Origin: a virus
Strand: one strand, 5' to 3'
DNA length: 64,000 nt
Virus record (IMG/VR): IMGVR_UViG_3300050190_000082
Span: 89,760-153,759 of that record
The notes beneath the pieces were generated by a model that worked only from the letters and a program-made list of their open reading frames with translations, ran no database searches and had not been told where the DNA came from. Shown here piece by piece: positions 31,216-40,516 of this stretch (position 1 is its first letter; every line of letters starts with the position of its first letter). The position numbers were made by a program, and so were the translations under genes.

Positions 31216-31989
31216 TTATTTATGATTATCTTTATGATTATCTATGTTAGAAATAATCCCCTTTTGTTCAGGATTATCTTTCACCATGTTTAAATGACTT
31301 CCAATAAATTTCTTATCTGTTTCATCTAACTTTGTCTTTTCCACTGATAAATCCGCATACCATGGAGTTATTTTCATTTTCTCTGCACTAACAGTCTGAT
31401 ATAGCGTACCAGTATTATAATTTTTGTTATTTGAAATAGTAGTAAAGTATTCATGAAGACTATATATTGAAATATCTAAAACATTATCTTTATATAATCC
31501 TACATTCATAACCATACTTTTGAAAGTGATAACTTCACCTTTACGCTCTTTTGCAATTTGTTCTAATTTATTGAAATACTCTAATTCTGGATTTAAACAA
31601 GGTTTTTCGAAAGCAATATTATTCATATCTTTAATTAATTTTACATAAAAATCTAATTCTTCATCAGTTTTTACTAAATCAAAACTACCTTTATTAATAA
31701 AACAAAAATCAAATAAATTATTGTATCCTTCAAGTAAACCAAGCCATTCCACACTTCTAATAATTTCAATAAATGACATTTCATTTAAAAGCGATATAGC
31801 TTCATCTATTCCAATAGTACCTATGTTATTTTCTTTTACAAATTGAATTGCTTTTAATTTCCCAAGTTGCAGAATTGAGGAAAGCATAAGAATTTTTTCA
31901 TATTCCCTTACCTTTACAAATCGACACATTCCTATTCCAGTTTCAACTGGATTATCTAAAAACCATAATTCTTTGAACGTCACTATCAC
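31216..31989 (-). CDS. Conserved tail-region protein
   Basis: 257 aa, synteny. Confidence 0.6.
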   Translation of the reverse strand: MIVTFKELWFLDNPVETGIGMCRFVKVREYEKILMLSSILQLGKLKAIQFVKENNIGTIGIDEAISLLNEMSFIEIIRSVEWLGLLEGYNNLFDFCFINKGSFDLVKTDEELDFYVKLIKDMNNIAFEKPCLNPELEYFNKLEQIAKERKGEVITFKSMVMNVGLYKDNVLDISIYSLHEYFTTISNNKNYNTGTLYQTVSAEKMKITPWYADLSVEKTKLDETDKKFIGSHLNMVKDNPEQKGIISNIDNHKDNHK

Positions 31990-32013
31990 CTCTTTATGAT
32001 TAAAAATGGAACA

Positions 32014-32532
32014 TTATACACACGCAAACTCATTAGTTTTATAAGCAATACAAACTCCAGAATAATTTTCATTTACCACAAATTCATATGTTTCATAAAA
32101 TGGCAACTTGCCAATCCCTAAATCTCTTGATGAAATAAAAGAATCTTTAAGTTCTAAATCTTGTTCTGAGTTGAATGATTGATCAATATAATCTAAAATC
32201 ATATCATAGCGCAAAGACCCATAATCAGTCTTAATTAATGAATTGTGGCAAATAATGTAGAAAAAGATTGACCCATTTTTAAAAGTTATACCATTCGGTT
32301 TGTAATTAAATTGCATGGTTATAAAACTTTTAGCAGTAGTATCTGGTGTGGGTACAAATTTAAATGGATATATAAAATCGTAGACCAAAGATGATAAATC
32401 AAAATTATCAGGTATTGGTGTATCTAGACAATTGCCTTCAGAATTGATAAGGCATTTTACTAGAGATTCATTTGTCACTAATTTCATTATAATATCCATT
32501 TTATTTTTACTTAATGTTGAGAATCTACCCAA
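32014..32532 (-). CDS. Putative tail terminator / head-tail completion protein
   Basis: IYPF.FVP, RYD.I...ID..FN, GIG motifs; synteny. Confidence 0.6.
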   Translation of the reverse strand: MGRFSTLSKNKMDIIMKLVTNESLVKCLINSEGNCLDTPIPDNFDLSSLVYDFIYPFKFVPTPDTTAKSFITMQFNYKPNGITFKNGSIFFYIICHNSLIKTDYGSLRYDMILDYIDQSFNSEQDLELKDSFISSRDLGIGKLPFYETYEFVVNENYSGVCIAYKTNEFACV

Positions 32533-32547
32533 TTATTTATTCACCTC

Positions 32548-33834
32548 TTACATGAGTGATTTCGTCTGTATAGTAAATTCGTCATAAATACTAACATCAT
32601 CTGATTTACTAGCCCTAATAGTGATATATTTATTTATATAATTTGAATTACTTGTAGTTTTTAGAGTAATACTACTTACAGTTTGACTAACAACACTTAC
32701 ATAAATATTGCTTGATAAATCTTGATTACTAATATTCCATACAACTGATTTACTAGCATCCGCAACACCATTGTTGAACACAGTGGAAGTCAATGTTAAA
32801 TTAGCACCCAATTTAACTGTTGAATTTCCTGTAATACTAACAGTATAATTATCAGCAATTACAGCACTTTGCACAGTTATATTTATTGAAGCTGAAACTC
32901 CATTATAAGCAACAGTTATTGTAGATACCCCCTCAGAAATGCAGGTAATTATTCCATTATTAACAGTTGCAATTAATGGATTTGAAGAGACATATGATAG
33001 TATAGGAGATGTAACTTGAACAGTATTATCAGTGCATACAATATTTAATGTTATTACATCATTTACATTTTGTGCAGATGAACCATTCAGAATATCAACT
33101 AAATAGGTATGCTGACGAGAATAATAATTAGCAATACCTAGCTCAATATTATCATCATCTATTTTTTGAGTTAACTCCAGTACAAGAGAAATTAATCCTT
33201 TATTATTAATTATCTGTGAATAATCATCAACTTCATCTACTTTATAAACTCTTTTTCCTAAAACAAATCTTTGTCCTTCTATTATAGAATCTGTAATAGA
33301 ATTATACTGGATATAAATTCTTGACATACCGACAGGCAAAATAAAATACGCATCAACATTATTTTTTGTAAATCGTTTAGAAGATTCAATCACACATGGA
33401 AATTGTTGAATAGTACCATCAGAGTCAATAAATTTAAGAAAACTATTACATTTTTCTATTGTACAAGTTGGTTTATCAGCATTATTTATATCACTTGCAA
33501 TTGTTAACCAAATTTCATCAATAGAATTAATTGTCATATAAACATATTGACCTGTAAAGAAATTTAAGGGAATATCAGATTGAGTAGGTTCTAATGACAA
33601 TTTTTTCTGATTATCTAATAATTTATATGCTTGACCACTAAAAACCCAAGAATCGTAGAAGGTGCTAGTACTACCTAAGCCTATTTGCTGATACTCAGGA
33701 GCGTCTTTAAAGGTGGAAGAAAATAATTGATCCTTTATATTTATTCTTTGTTCTCTAATTGTTGAACCATTTATATTGACCTTGTTCTGATACGCAGAAA
33801 ACCAATCAACCATAAAAATGTCACCCCTTAGCAC
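32548..33834 (-). CDS. Putative head closure protein with C-terminal Ig-like domains
   Basis: CN..LKF, DN.ELGIANY; SSNP.IATV Big_2-like motif. Confidence 0.65.
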   Translation of the reverse strand: MLRGDIFMVDWFSAYQNKVNINGSTIREQRINIKDQLFSSTFKDAPEYQQIGLGSTSTFYDSWVFSGQAYKLLDNQKKLSLEPTQSDIPLNFFTGQYVYMTINSIDEIWLTIASDINNADKPTCTIEKCNSFLKFIDSDGTIQQFPCVIESSKRFTKNNVDAYFILPVGMSRIYIQYNSITDSIIEGQRFVLGKRVYKVDEVDDYSQIINNKGLISLVLELTQKIDDDNIELGIANYYSRQHTYLVDILNGSSAQNVNDVITLNIVCTDNTVQVTSPILSYVSSNPLIATVNNGIITCISEGVSTITVAYNGVSASINITVQSAVIADNYTVSITGNSTVKLGANLTLTSTVFNNGVADASKSVVWNISNQDLSSNIYVSVVSQTVSSITLKTTSNSNYINKYITIRASKSDDVSIYDEFTIQTKSLM

Positions 33835-34300
33835 CTAAGCCCTTGAGGGCATTTTGAGTATTCAAATATGTATAGGTTATCATCTTCTGATAAACTTCTT
33901 TTCTAGCGTTTTCATATATATTAGATAGTTCTCTTAGATGCTGACCTTGACTATACATTTTAATTTCTCCATAGATAGCTTGAGCGTATAAACGTTGTTC
34001 CTTGATTTTGTCACGAAGAAAGACTAACCCCATAAGATCAACAACTATGCCAGATTCCGCAAGTGATAAATCTTGATTAAATTGAGTACTGTCCACATCA
34101 ATATCATCCATTTTATTAATTACACTTATACCATTATTATAGACATAATTATAAAATTCCTCACGGGCACGTTTTAATAATATAGTCAGATAATTAGTCA
34201 ATTGTGTTTGAGAATATTTAGTTGCTAAATCTATAGAACTAACTTCAGTCTGAAGAAAGTCATTAAACAAATCACTAAAAAGTGTAGCCAAAATCACCAC
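33821..34300 (-). CDS. Putative head-tail adaptor
   Basis: T.FSDL...FL, FNQDLS..E, YSQ..HL..L; synteny. Confidence 0.6.
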   Translation of the reverse strand: MVILATLFSDLFNDFLQTEVSSIDLATKYSQTQLTNYLTILLKRAREEFYNYVYNNGISVINKMDDIDVDSTQFNQDLSLAESGIVVDLMGLVFLRDKIKEQRLYAQAIYGEIKMYSQGQHLRELSNIYENARKEVYQKMITYTYLNTQNALKGLGAKG

Positions 34301-34328
34301 CTGCCATTCAATTATTTATCCCTAATTA

Positions 34329-34979
34329 CTAACTAATCATTTCATTTGTCATTTCTTGGATGCTATTGATTGCATATTTAGAACTATAATGATTTTGAAC
34401 CTCATTATATTTATTATTTCTCAGACATTCAGAATTACCTTTAATATATTCTTGTAAAAAGAACTCTAAAAATGCCCATGCAACCACAGGAGAAAACCCA
34501 TTAAGTTCTTTCAGCATTTCCATATTATCAATTTTGAGCAATTCTTGAAATTTACTTTTATCTGCACCATGCTCTTTAAATGAATAGTCGATATTAAAAT
34601 ATTCCCTAACTTCTTTATCTAAGATAACTATTTCAAAAGTATCAAACCATTCTTTAAAGGCATAATACATTTCATCAAGAATTTCAAATTTAATTCTTCG
34701 TTCATCAAATAATTTATTAAATTTAATGTTAACTCGTCCACGAATAAAGGATGCACTACCAGGAGCCATATGCATAATTCCAACCATTTTATCAGGTTTA
34801 ATTGAATTAACTGTAATTTCTTGTTGTGCTTCTTTTTCACTTAATTGTTTTTCAAGTTCATCAATTTTTAGTTGACTTGATTTAGATGCTTCTGCAATTG
34901 CTTTAGTTACAGCTTCTTTTATCAAGGCTTGAATATCAACTTCTGGAGTCTCTTTTACAGTTGTCTTTTTTACTACCAT
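34329..34979 (-). CDS. Conserved head-module protein (YonA position)
   Basis: 216 aa downstream of capsid gene. Confidence 0.6.
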   Translation of the reverse strand: MVVKKTTVKETPEVDIQALIKEAVTKAIAEASKSSQLKIDELEKQLSEKEAQQEITVNSIKPDKMVGIMHMAPGSASFIRGRVNIKFNKLFDERRIKFEILDEMYYAFKEWFDTFEIVILDKEVREYFNIDYSFKEHGADKSKFQELLKIDNMEMLKELNGFSPVVAWAFLEFFLQEYIKGNSECLRNNKYNEVQNHYSSKYAINSIQEMTNEMIS

Positions 34980-35009
34980 TAATTTTTAATTCTCCTTATT
35001 AAAGAAATT

Positions 35010-36209
35010 TTATATTGCTAATTTATTATTTAAAATTAGATTATCATATACACCATTTTTATAGTTTTCTTGAAATTCATAAAACTGTTCAGGAGTATTA
35101 CCACCACGACCTTGTACTGAATGAAATAAGATATGTAATTCTTCAGATAAACATACACCCAACCCATATCTATAATGTAATTCTAAACACTTATCTTTTA
35201 TAAGTTGTAAATCTTCAACATTATATTCGCTTAGCGTACTATGTACTGGTAAATTCAACTCACTTAAAGTTTCTTTAACTATAAGTTCAAATCCTTTTAA
35301 ATGATGAACAACATCGAATTTTCCACCTGTCAGGATACACTTATAGTTGCAATTTGCTATTGAATCTTTATTCCATTGTGTAATTATTTTCCGCAACCAA
35401 TGGTTTAATGCTGTTATTCCACCTTTCCATTGATATGCGTTTTTCCCTGATTTACTTTCCAATCCACACTCTGGGCATCCACGATCTCTGGTGAATGAAT
35501 TCGGGGAAATTTTATAATCTGGATGTTTGTTATTTTCTTTTTGACACTTCATTAATATATTTACGTTAGGTGTTCCATAGCTAATTTGCCAAGGATCAAC
35601 AATATTATTTTTATGCCAATATTTGTCTAAGAAACTTTCACCTAGATTATCTATGCCATATTGAGCAAATGAATTACATTTACTGCAAACCATACAACCC
35701 ATTGTTTTACTACTGGTTATAGAATTAATTTTAATTAATTCACTTTCATGTAATCCTTTTGGACATTTGAAGTAATATTTTTTACCACTACCATAGGGAA
35801 TATCAGAAGGTTTACATTTGTTTACTTCATAATCCCATCTATCTAATATCTCTTTTGCATAGCTTACATCAAATAATTCATAGCACTTTTCTTCAAAAGA
35901 TATCCATTTCTCATTGTTATTTTTAGAGCAAAGATTACAATAATAATTTCCGTCTTCTTTTACACAGCTTTGATAATTTTCATATATTATAGATAATTCT
36001 GCGTTACAGGCATCACATTTAACTTTTACATAAACGTGACTACTTTCTGTTAAATCTTTAGGTTTTACTATAATTTTTGTTCCGTTTGGGATAGATATTC
36101 TATTCCATTTATCTTTTCTCTTTGGTATTGTAATTCCTAAATCTTCATAATGTTTAACATTTCTCGGATTTATCGAAACTTCAATATCTTGATCAATAAT
36201 TAATCCCAT
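35010..36209 (-). CDS. Putative HNH-type free-standing endonuclease with Zn ribbons
   Basis: Start MGLIID after GAGGTG; VKVKCDAC; GCPEC..WKGG; C.LTG...VHHL..GVCL...H..FH. Confidence 0.75.
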   Translation of the reverse strand: MGLIIDQDIEVSINPRNVKHYEDLGITIPKRKDKWNRISIPNGTKIIVKPKDLTESSHVYVKVKCDACNAELSIIYENYQSCVKEDGNYYCNLCSKNNNEKWISFEEKCYELFDVSYAKEILDRWDYEVNKCKPSDIPYGSGKKYYFKCPKGLHESELIKINSITSSKTMGCMVCSKCNSFAQYGIDNLGESFLDKYWHKNNIVDPWQISYGTPNVNILMKCQKENNKHPDYKISPNSFTRDRGCPECGLESKSGKNAYQWKGGITALNHWLRKIITQWNKDSIANCNYKCILTGGKFDVVHHLKGFELIVKETLSELNLPVHSTLSEYNVEDLQLIKDKCLELHYRYGLGVCLSEELHILFHSVQGRGGNTPEQFYEFQENYKNGVYDNLILNNKLAI

Positions 36210-36216
36210 ATTACAC

Positions 36217-36316
36217 CTCACTTTATGTAATTGACTTTTCACTTTTTATAAAATAAGGAAAGGAGCAGTAGTGAATCTGCTCCAATAAGAATCATGACTT
36301 CTTATTTTATCCTTAT
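36217..36316 (-). promoter_or_regulatory. Structured 5' leader, copy B
   Basis: P1 AUAAGGA/UCCUUAU; P2 AAUAAGA/UCUUAUU with loop AGUCAUGAU; P3 GGAGCAG/CUGCUCC with loop AUUCACUA complementary to AGUGAA and to AGUGAG at the RBS. Confidence 0.75.
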
Positions 36317-36330
36317 AAAGTTAGCATTAA

Positions 36331-37440
36331 TTAGATAGTACGATAGACCAAAATTGTCCCTTGGCCTGCCAACTTGCAATCCCAGTCGCTCTTGACTGAG
36401 AAAATTTGCTCATCTGCTGCGTTTCCTTCTGGATTCATTGATTCAATACGAGTTTCACCAGAAATACCAATGGAAATAGGTTTGCTTACATCAAGACTCA
36501 TACCAATAACATAGTTATTAGGAATGATTAATGATGTTTGATCTGCTTTGAGAGCTTGAGGTAATTCGATGGCACGATAACCAAAAGGTGTTGCCATGAA
36601 ACCTTTATCCATATACTCAACACCAAGACCAAGTTGGAGTTGTGTATTTGTAGGAAGAATAGGAGAAAGCGAGATATTTGTGCCATAAATTACTGTATTG
36701 CTCGATCCATTTCTTGCTTGAATTAATTGTAATTGAGTACGGAAATCAGTTTCAGCATAAGCACCAGTAGAAATAACTTTGTTACCAATAGGTGATGCAG
36801 TTGTGCTGAACACTAATGTAGAAATATCTTGCAAATAACCACTACGAAGACCACGTACTGCACGAGCAATTTCACGTCCCCAATCGACTCGACCAGCAAT
36901 TACATCTTTACGATTGAAAGAAATGGCAGTTTCAGCAACTTGAGGTGTAAGAACTACATTACGACTCTTGTATCTCTGAACATTACCAAACGATTTACCT
37001 CGACCTGTTTTTTGGAAGAAATAAGCATTTGTAGATTTTACGTCAATGTTCATGGAATCGCCTTCAGCCACAGAACGAACATCGGCAAATGTAAGAATTT
37101 CTTCGATCTCGTTTTTACTATTTACGTTGTCGATTACTTCTTCAATAACCGAGAAAAATGCACGTTCAAAGTTCTGCATACGAAATGCTTGTGCAGGAAC
37201 AGTTTTAGTAGCGTCCATTCCAGTACGTTCATAAGCAGTTGCTAAAGCACGGTCATTGAATTCACTATTATGTACGTTATAATCAATTCCTCCAATAGCA
37301 GAAAATTGAGCATATTTATTATAAACATTTTTATCAAAACCAAAGAGATGTCTCTTAGTTAAATCTACGCCTAGTCCAATAACATTTACTTCATCTTCAG
37401 AAAAATTAACTCTTTTTGCATTAATAGGTACAAACATCAT
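36331..37440 (-). CDS. Major capsid protein (YonB-like)
   Basis: 369 aa; FADVRSV..GD, GRVDW, IYGT...LS.I; synteny. Confidence 0.8.
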   Translation of the reverse strand: MMFVPINAKRVNFSEDEVNVIGLGVDLTKRHLFGFDKNVYNKYAQFSAIGGIDYNVHNSEFNDRALATAYERTGMDATKTVPAQAFRMQNFERAFFSVIEEVIDNVNSKNEIEEILTFADVRSVAEGDSMNIDVKSTNAYFFQKTGRGKSFGNVQRYKSRNVVLTPQVAETAISFNRKDVIAGRVDWGREIARAVRGLRSGYLQDISTLVFSTTASPIGNKVISTGAYAETDFRTQLQLIQARNGSSNTVIYGTNISLSPILPTNTQLQLGLGVEYMDKGFMATPFGYRAIELPQALKADQTSLIIPNNYVIGMSLDVSKPISIGISGETRIESMNPEGNAADEQIFSVKSDWDCKLAGQGTILVYRTI

Positions 37441-37472
37441 TTTATATCATCCTTTCTTATTAAATTTATTTA

Positions 37473-38006
37473 TTATTCGTTAGTGCAACGAGTGACACGT
37501 ACACGCATACCCAATACGGCAGCAAGACCAACAAAAGTATCTCCAACATTAACTTGTTCAATTTTAAATGCAACAGTTGGGACTCCAACTAAAGTGGCAA
37601 CTACAGTAAATCCATAAGAATCTGCTGTAGGAACGAGATAACTTCCAACGGCTGGAGTACCAGTAACTAAATCATTAGATACAAAATATTTCTTATTCAT
37701 TGCAGGACGAAGTACACGAATTCGTGCTCCTGTAGTAAAAGAGAGAAGGGTAGGGTCATTGATGTCGATACGGTTTCCATTTACATCTTGATAATATTCT
37801 TCTGCACAAACAACTGCGATATTGGTTTCTGTAATTGCAGCAGGTTTAGCAGGGACATAAAGTGCTCCATATCCATCTAAGTAAGTTCCTACTAAGGCAT
37901 CTGCCTTAACAACATATCCATTTTGAAGAGTGTCTGTTCCAACTTGTACAAAGTCAATATTCTCATAGTCTTGCATTACATCATAAGCTCTAAAAATTCC
38001 AGCCAT
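37473..38006 (-). CDS. Capsid decoration/cement protein (YonC position)
   Basis: 177 aa beta-rich, between scaffold and capsid. Confidence 0.6.
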   Translation of the reverse strand: MAGIFRAYDVMQDYENIDFVQVGTDTLQNGYVVKADALVGTYLDGYGALYVPAKPAAITETNIAVVCAEEYYQDVNGNRIDINDPTLLSFTTGARIRVLRPAMNKKYFVSNDLVTGTPAVGSYLVPTADSYGFTVVATLVGVPTVAFKIEQVNVGDTFVGLAAVLGMRVRVTRCTNE

Positions 38007-38037
38007 AATTTAACATCTTCCTTTCTTTCTTAAAAAA

Positions 38038-39771
38038 TTATTTATTATTATTATTCTTTTCACGTATATCTGCATAAACATCCTTTTCTTCTTTGGTATC
38101 AGGTTGTTTAGTATCTACATGCATGAAAGAAAACTTTTGTGTGTTAGTGGAAAAATCAATTTTGTCTTTGACTTTCTTACCAAATACTGAATAAGTCATA
38201 TCTTTAAATTCGTCTAAAGACATTTCATTAGATTTATCTTTAAATGTTTGTTTTTCTTCAGCACTAAATACACTGAATTCTTTTCCATTCAAAAATTCTT
38301 CTACTTGAGACATTTTTTCAGCAGTTTCTTTACCTTTTAATTGTTCGCTCAACTCTGCTATTTTAGCATCTCTTTCTGCCATTACCGTTGCTGTTTCTGC
38401 CATAGCTGATTCCATTGATGTAATTGAAGCAAAACTCTTTCCAATTTCTGAATCCTTAGCAGAAAGTTCAGCATCTTTAGACAATAATGCTTCAGACATC
38501 TCTGCTTCTTTAGCTGATAATTTAGCAGACATTTCTGTAGTTACCTTTTCTTTTTCTACTGCAAACATTTGAGACATTTTACTCATCATTTCTTTGCCAC
38601 TTGGTAAAGTTTCTTTTGCATCTTCTTTTAGGGCAAAAGTATCATCGTCATCATCTATAGTCATAAATGGAATTTTTGTAACACAACCACAATCATCCAT
38701 GATATATAGACAGTTAGTTTCCATGTCAAGCAATATAGTTATTTGACTTTCATCAGATTCTGGATCAATGGAATCATCAAAAGCAAACTTTGACTGTGAT
38801 GCTTTTGTGCTTGAATATAGTGCTTTAAAATCCTTCATCTTTTTACTCCCTTCTGAGAATGTATCTTTATACAGACTATTTTTATTATGCTTTGAGAATG
38901 TAATTGGGGTATATCCCTCTTCTACAGGAATTTTTGTAAGCATATCCAACACACATTTGCCTTCAATGAGTTGGTAAGCAATGCTATAATAACCGCCTTC
39001 TTCGTAATCTTCAACAAATACTAAACTAGCTGAAAAATCGTCTATATAATACTTATTATTTTCACATTCTCCTGTAATATATTTAAAAACAGATAGTGCT
39101 GTTTGCAGTCTGCCTCTAAGTTGGTGTGCCGTTAGTCCATACATATCTTCATTTTCACCTCCCTTCAGTGGAATACTATTGTCATTTGTTTGCAGTTCTT
39201 GTTTGAGAGAATCTATCTCAGATTGATAATCATCAATCGAAAATTTCTCAAATGTACTTCCTGTAAATGCTGGTTTAACATTCTCTAAAATGCAAAGTGC
39301 AGTAACCATAGCACTTGTTACTTTTTTTATATCCCCTTCTTGTTGAGTATCTAGATTTAACTCTAACGATTGCCAAATATCACGTTTAGACATATTCTTT
39401 AATCCAGGAAACCTATTATCCCAAATATTAGCTTCACAGACTAACCATTCTTTTCCGTTATATTCCTCGAAATAAGGCTCAGAATCTAGAACATAGCCCA
39501 CAACAGTTGTTTCTGGTGTTCTTTGTAATCTTCCCTTTACTTTTATAATGTCATCGGCATGTCCACCCAGTAAAGAACCATCATCATTATTAATAAATGC
39601 GGTTACTATTGGAGAAGACATTAAAGTTGTTTTCATTTTATCTACTACATCATGATTAAATAAAAATTTATTAGCAATTGTATCACTTGATATTGCATAA
39701 ACTTTATATTTAGTTACAAAAGGATTAACTTTTCCAACTTCACTAAAATGTGTATTGAGTTGTATAAGCAA
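38038..39771 (-). CDS. Prohead protease-scaffold (YonD-like)
   Basis: PIV....GGH, WQSLE, ALCILE.V.PAF; acidic coiled-coil C-terminus. Confidence 0.75.
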   Translation of the reverse strand: MLIQLNTHFSEVGKVNPFVTKYKVYAISSDTIANKFLFNHDVVDKMKTTLMSSPIVTAFINNDDGSLLGGHADDIIKVKGRLQRTPETTVVGYVLDSEPYFEEYNGKEWLVCEANIWDNRFPGLKNMSKRDIWQSLELNLDTQQEGDIKKVTSAMVTALCILENVKPAFTGSTFEKFSIDDYQSEIDSLKQELQTNDNSIPLKGGENEDMYGLTAHQLRGRLQTALSVFKYITGECENNKYYIDDFSASLVFVEDYEEGGYYSIAYQLIEGKCVLDMLTKIPVEEGYTPITFSKHNKNSLYKDTFSEGSKKMKDFKALYSSTKASQSKFAFDDSIDPESDESQITILLDMETNCLYIMDDCGCVTKIPFMTIDDDDDTFALKEDAKETLPSGKEMMSKMSQMFAVEKEKVTTEMSAKLSAKEAEMSEALLSKDAELSAKDSEIGKSFASITSMESAMAETATVMAERDAKIAELSEQLKGKETAEKMSQVEEFLNGKEFSVFSAEEKQTFKDKSNEMSLDEFKDMTYSVFGKKVKDKIDFSTNTQKFSFMHVDTKQPDTKEEKDVYADIREKNNNNK

Positions 39772-39814
39772 TTTTTATCACCACCTTAATTAAAAATAAA
39801 CAATGATAATCCAT

Positions 39815-40006
39815 TTAAAAGTTTACTGTATTTGTGAATTTTACATCCTTCAAGGCAGGACTTTCACTAAAGTTAGCATTTAGTTTTTCATTATTTTCAA
39901 ACCAATGAACTCCATTACGTGAGAATAAATAAACAAAACCTAACTGTTGTAATTTAGTTATATCTTCATCTGAAAAACATTTTATATATTTGTCCAATTT
40001 AACCAC
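39815..40006 (-). CDS. Small conserved phage protein
   Basis: 63 aa; I.CF......KL...GF..L pattern. Confidence 0.55.
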   Translation of the reverse strand: MVKLDKYIKCFSDEDITKLQQLGFVYLFSRNGVHWFENNEKLNANFSESPALKDVKFTNTVNF

Positions 40007-40021
40007 CTACTTTTGGATTTA

Positions 40022-40516
40022 TTAACTATTACTTTTGATTACTTCATAGATATTTTTACTGTTAATCCTTGAAAATATCTTAGCACTAAATGATTGTTTG
40101 TCTTTAATTTCTTCGCCAAACCAATTAGGAATCTTAAATAAGTTCATTGTTTCTAAATTAGGAAATTCAACTTCAACAATCGTTTCGCCAGTTTCAAAAT
40201 GATCTACCTCTGCTACCAAATTGTTATCCAAATCAATCAAATACCTATCCTTATTAAGAGGCTTCTTACCTATATAAGAGAAGATGCGATCATACTGGTC
40301 TTCAGTTATTAATCGTTCTATTTCTTCCCTCTGATTATCTGTAAGAAAATATTTAACAGTATGGAAATAGGTATTTTGATTGTCTTGATTAATTTTACGG
40401 ATTCTGACATCAGGATTGAGGTTTGCATAGACTTGTTGGATATTCATTTTAGATTTAATTTTATCTTTTGGAATATTATCAGGATTGACGTGATAACGCT
40501 TTTCTATTTCTATCAT
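40022..40516 (-). CDS. CYTH domain (triphosphate tunnel metalloenzyme) protein
   Basis: EIEKRY, I.Q.Y, VRIR, REEIE, K.RY, EVD.F, VEVEF, P.WFG.EI. Confidence 0.88.
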   Translation of the reverse strand: MIEIEKRYHVNPDNIPKDKIKSKMNIQQVYANLNPDVRIRKINQDNQNTYFHTVKYFLTDNQREEIERLITEDQYDRIFSYIGKKPLNKDRYLIDLDNNLVAEVDHFETGETIVEVEFPNLETMNLFKIPNWFGEEIKDKQSFSAKIFSRINSKNIYEVIKSNS

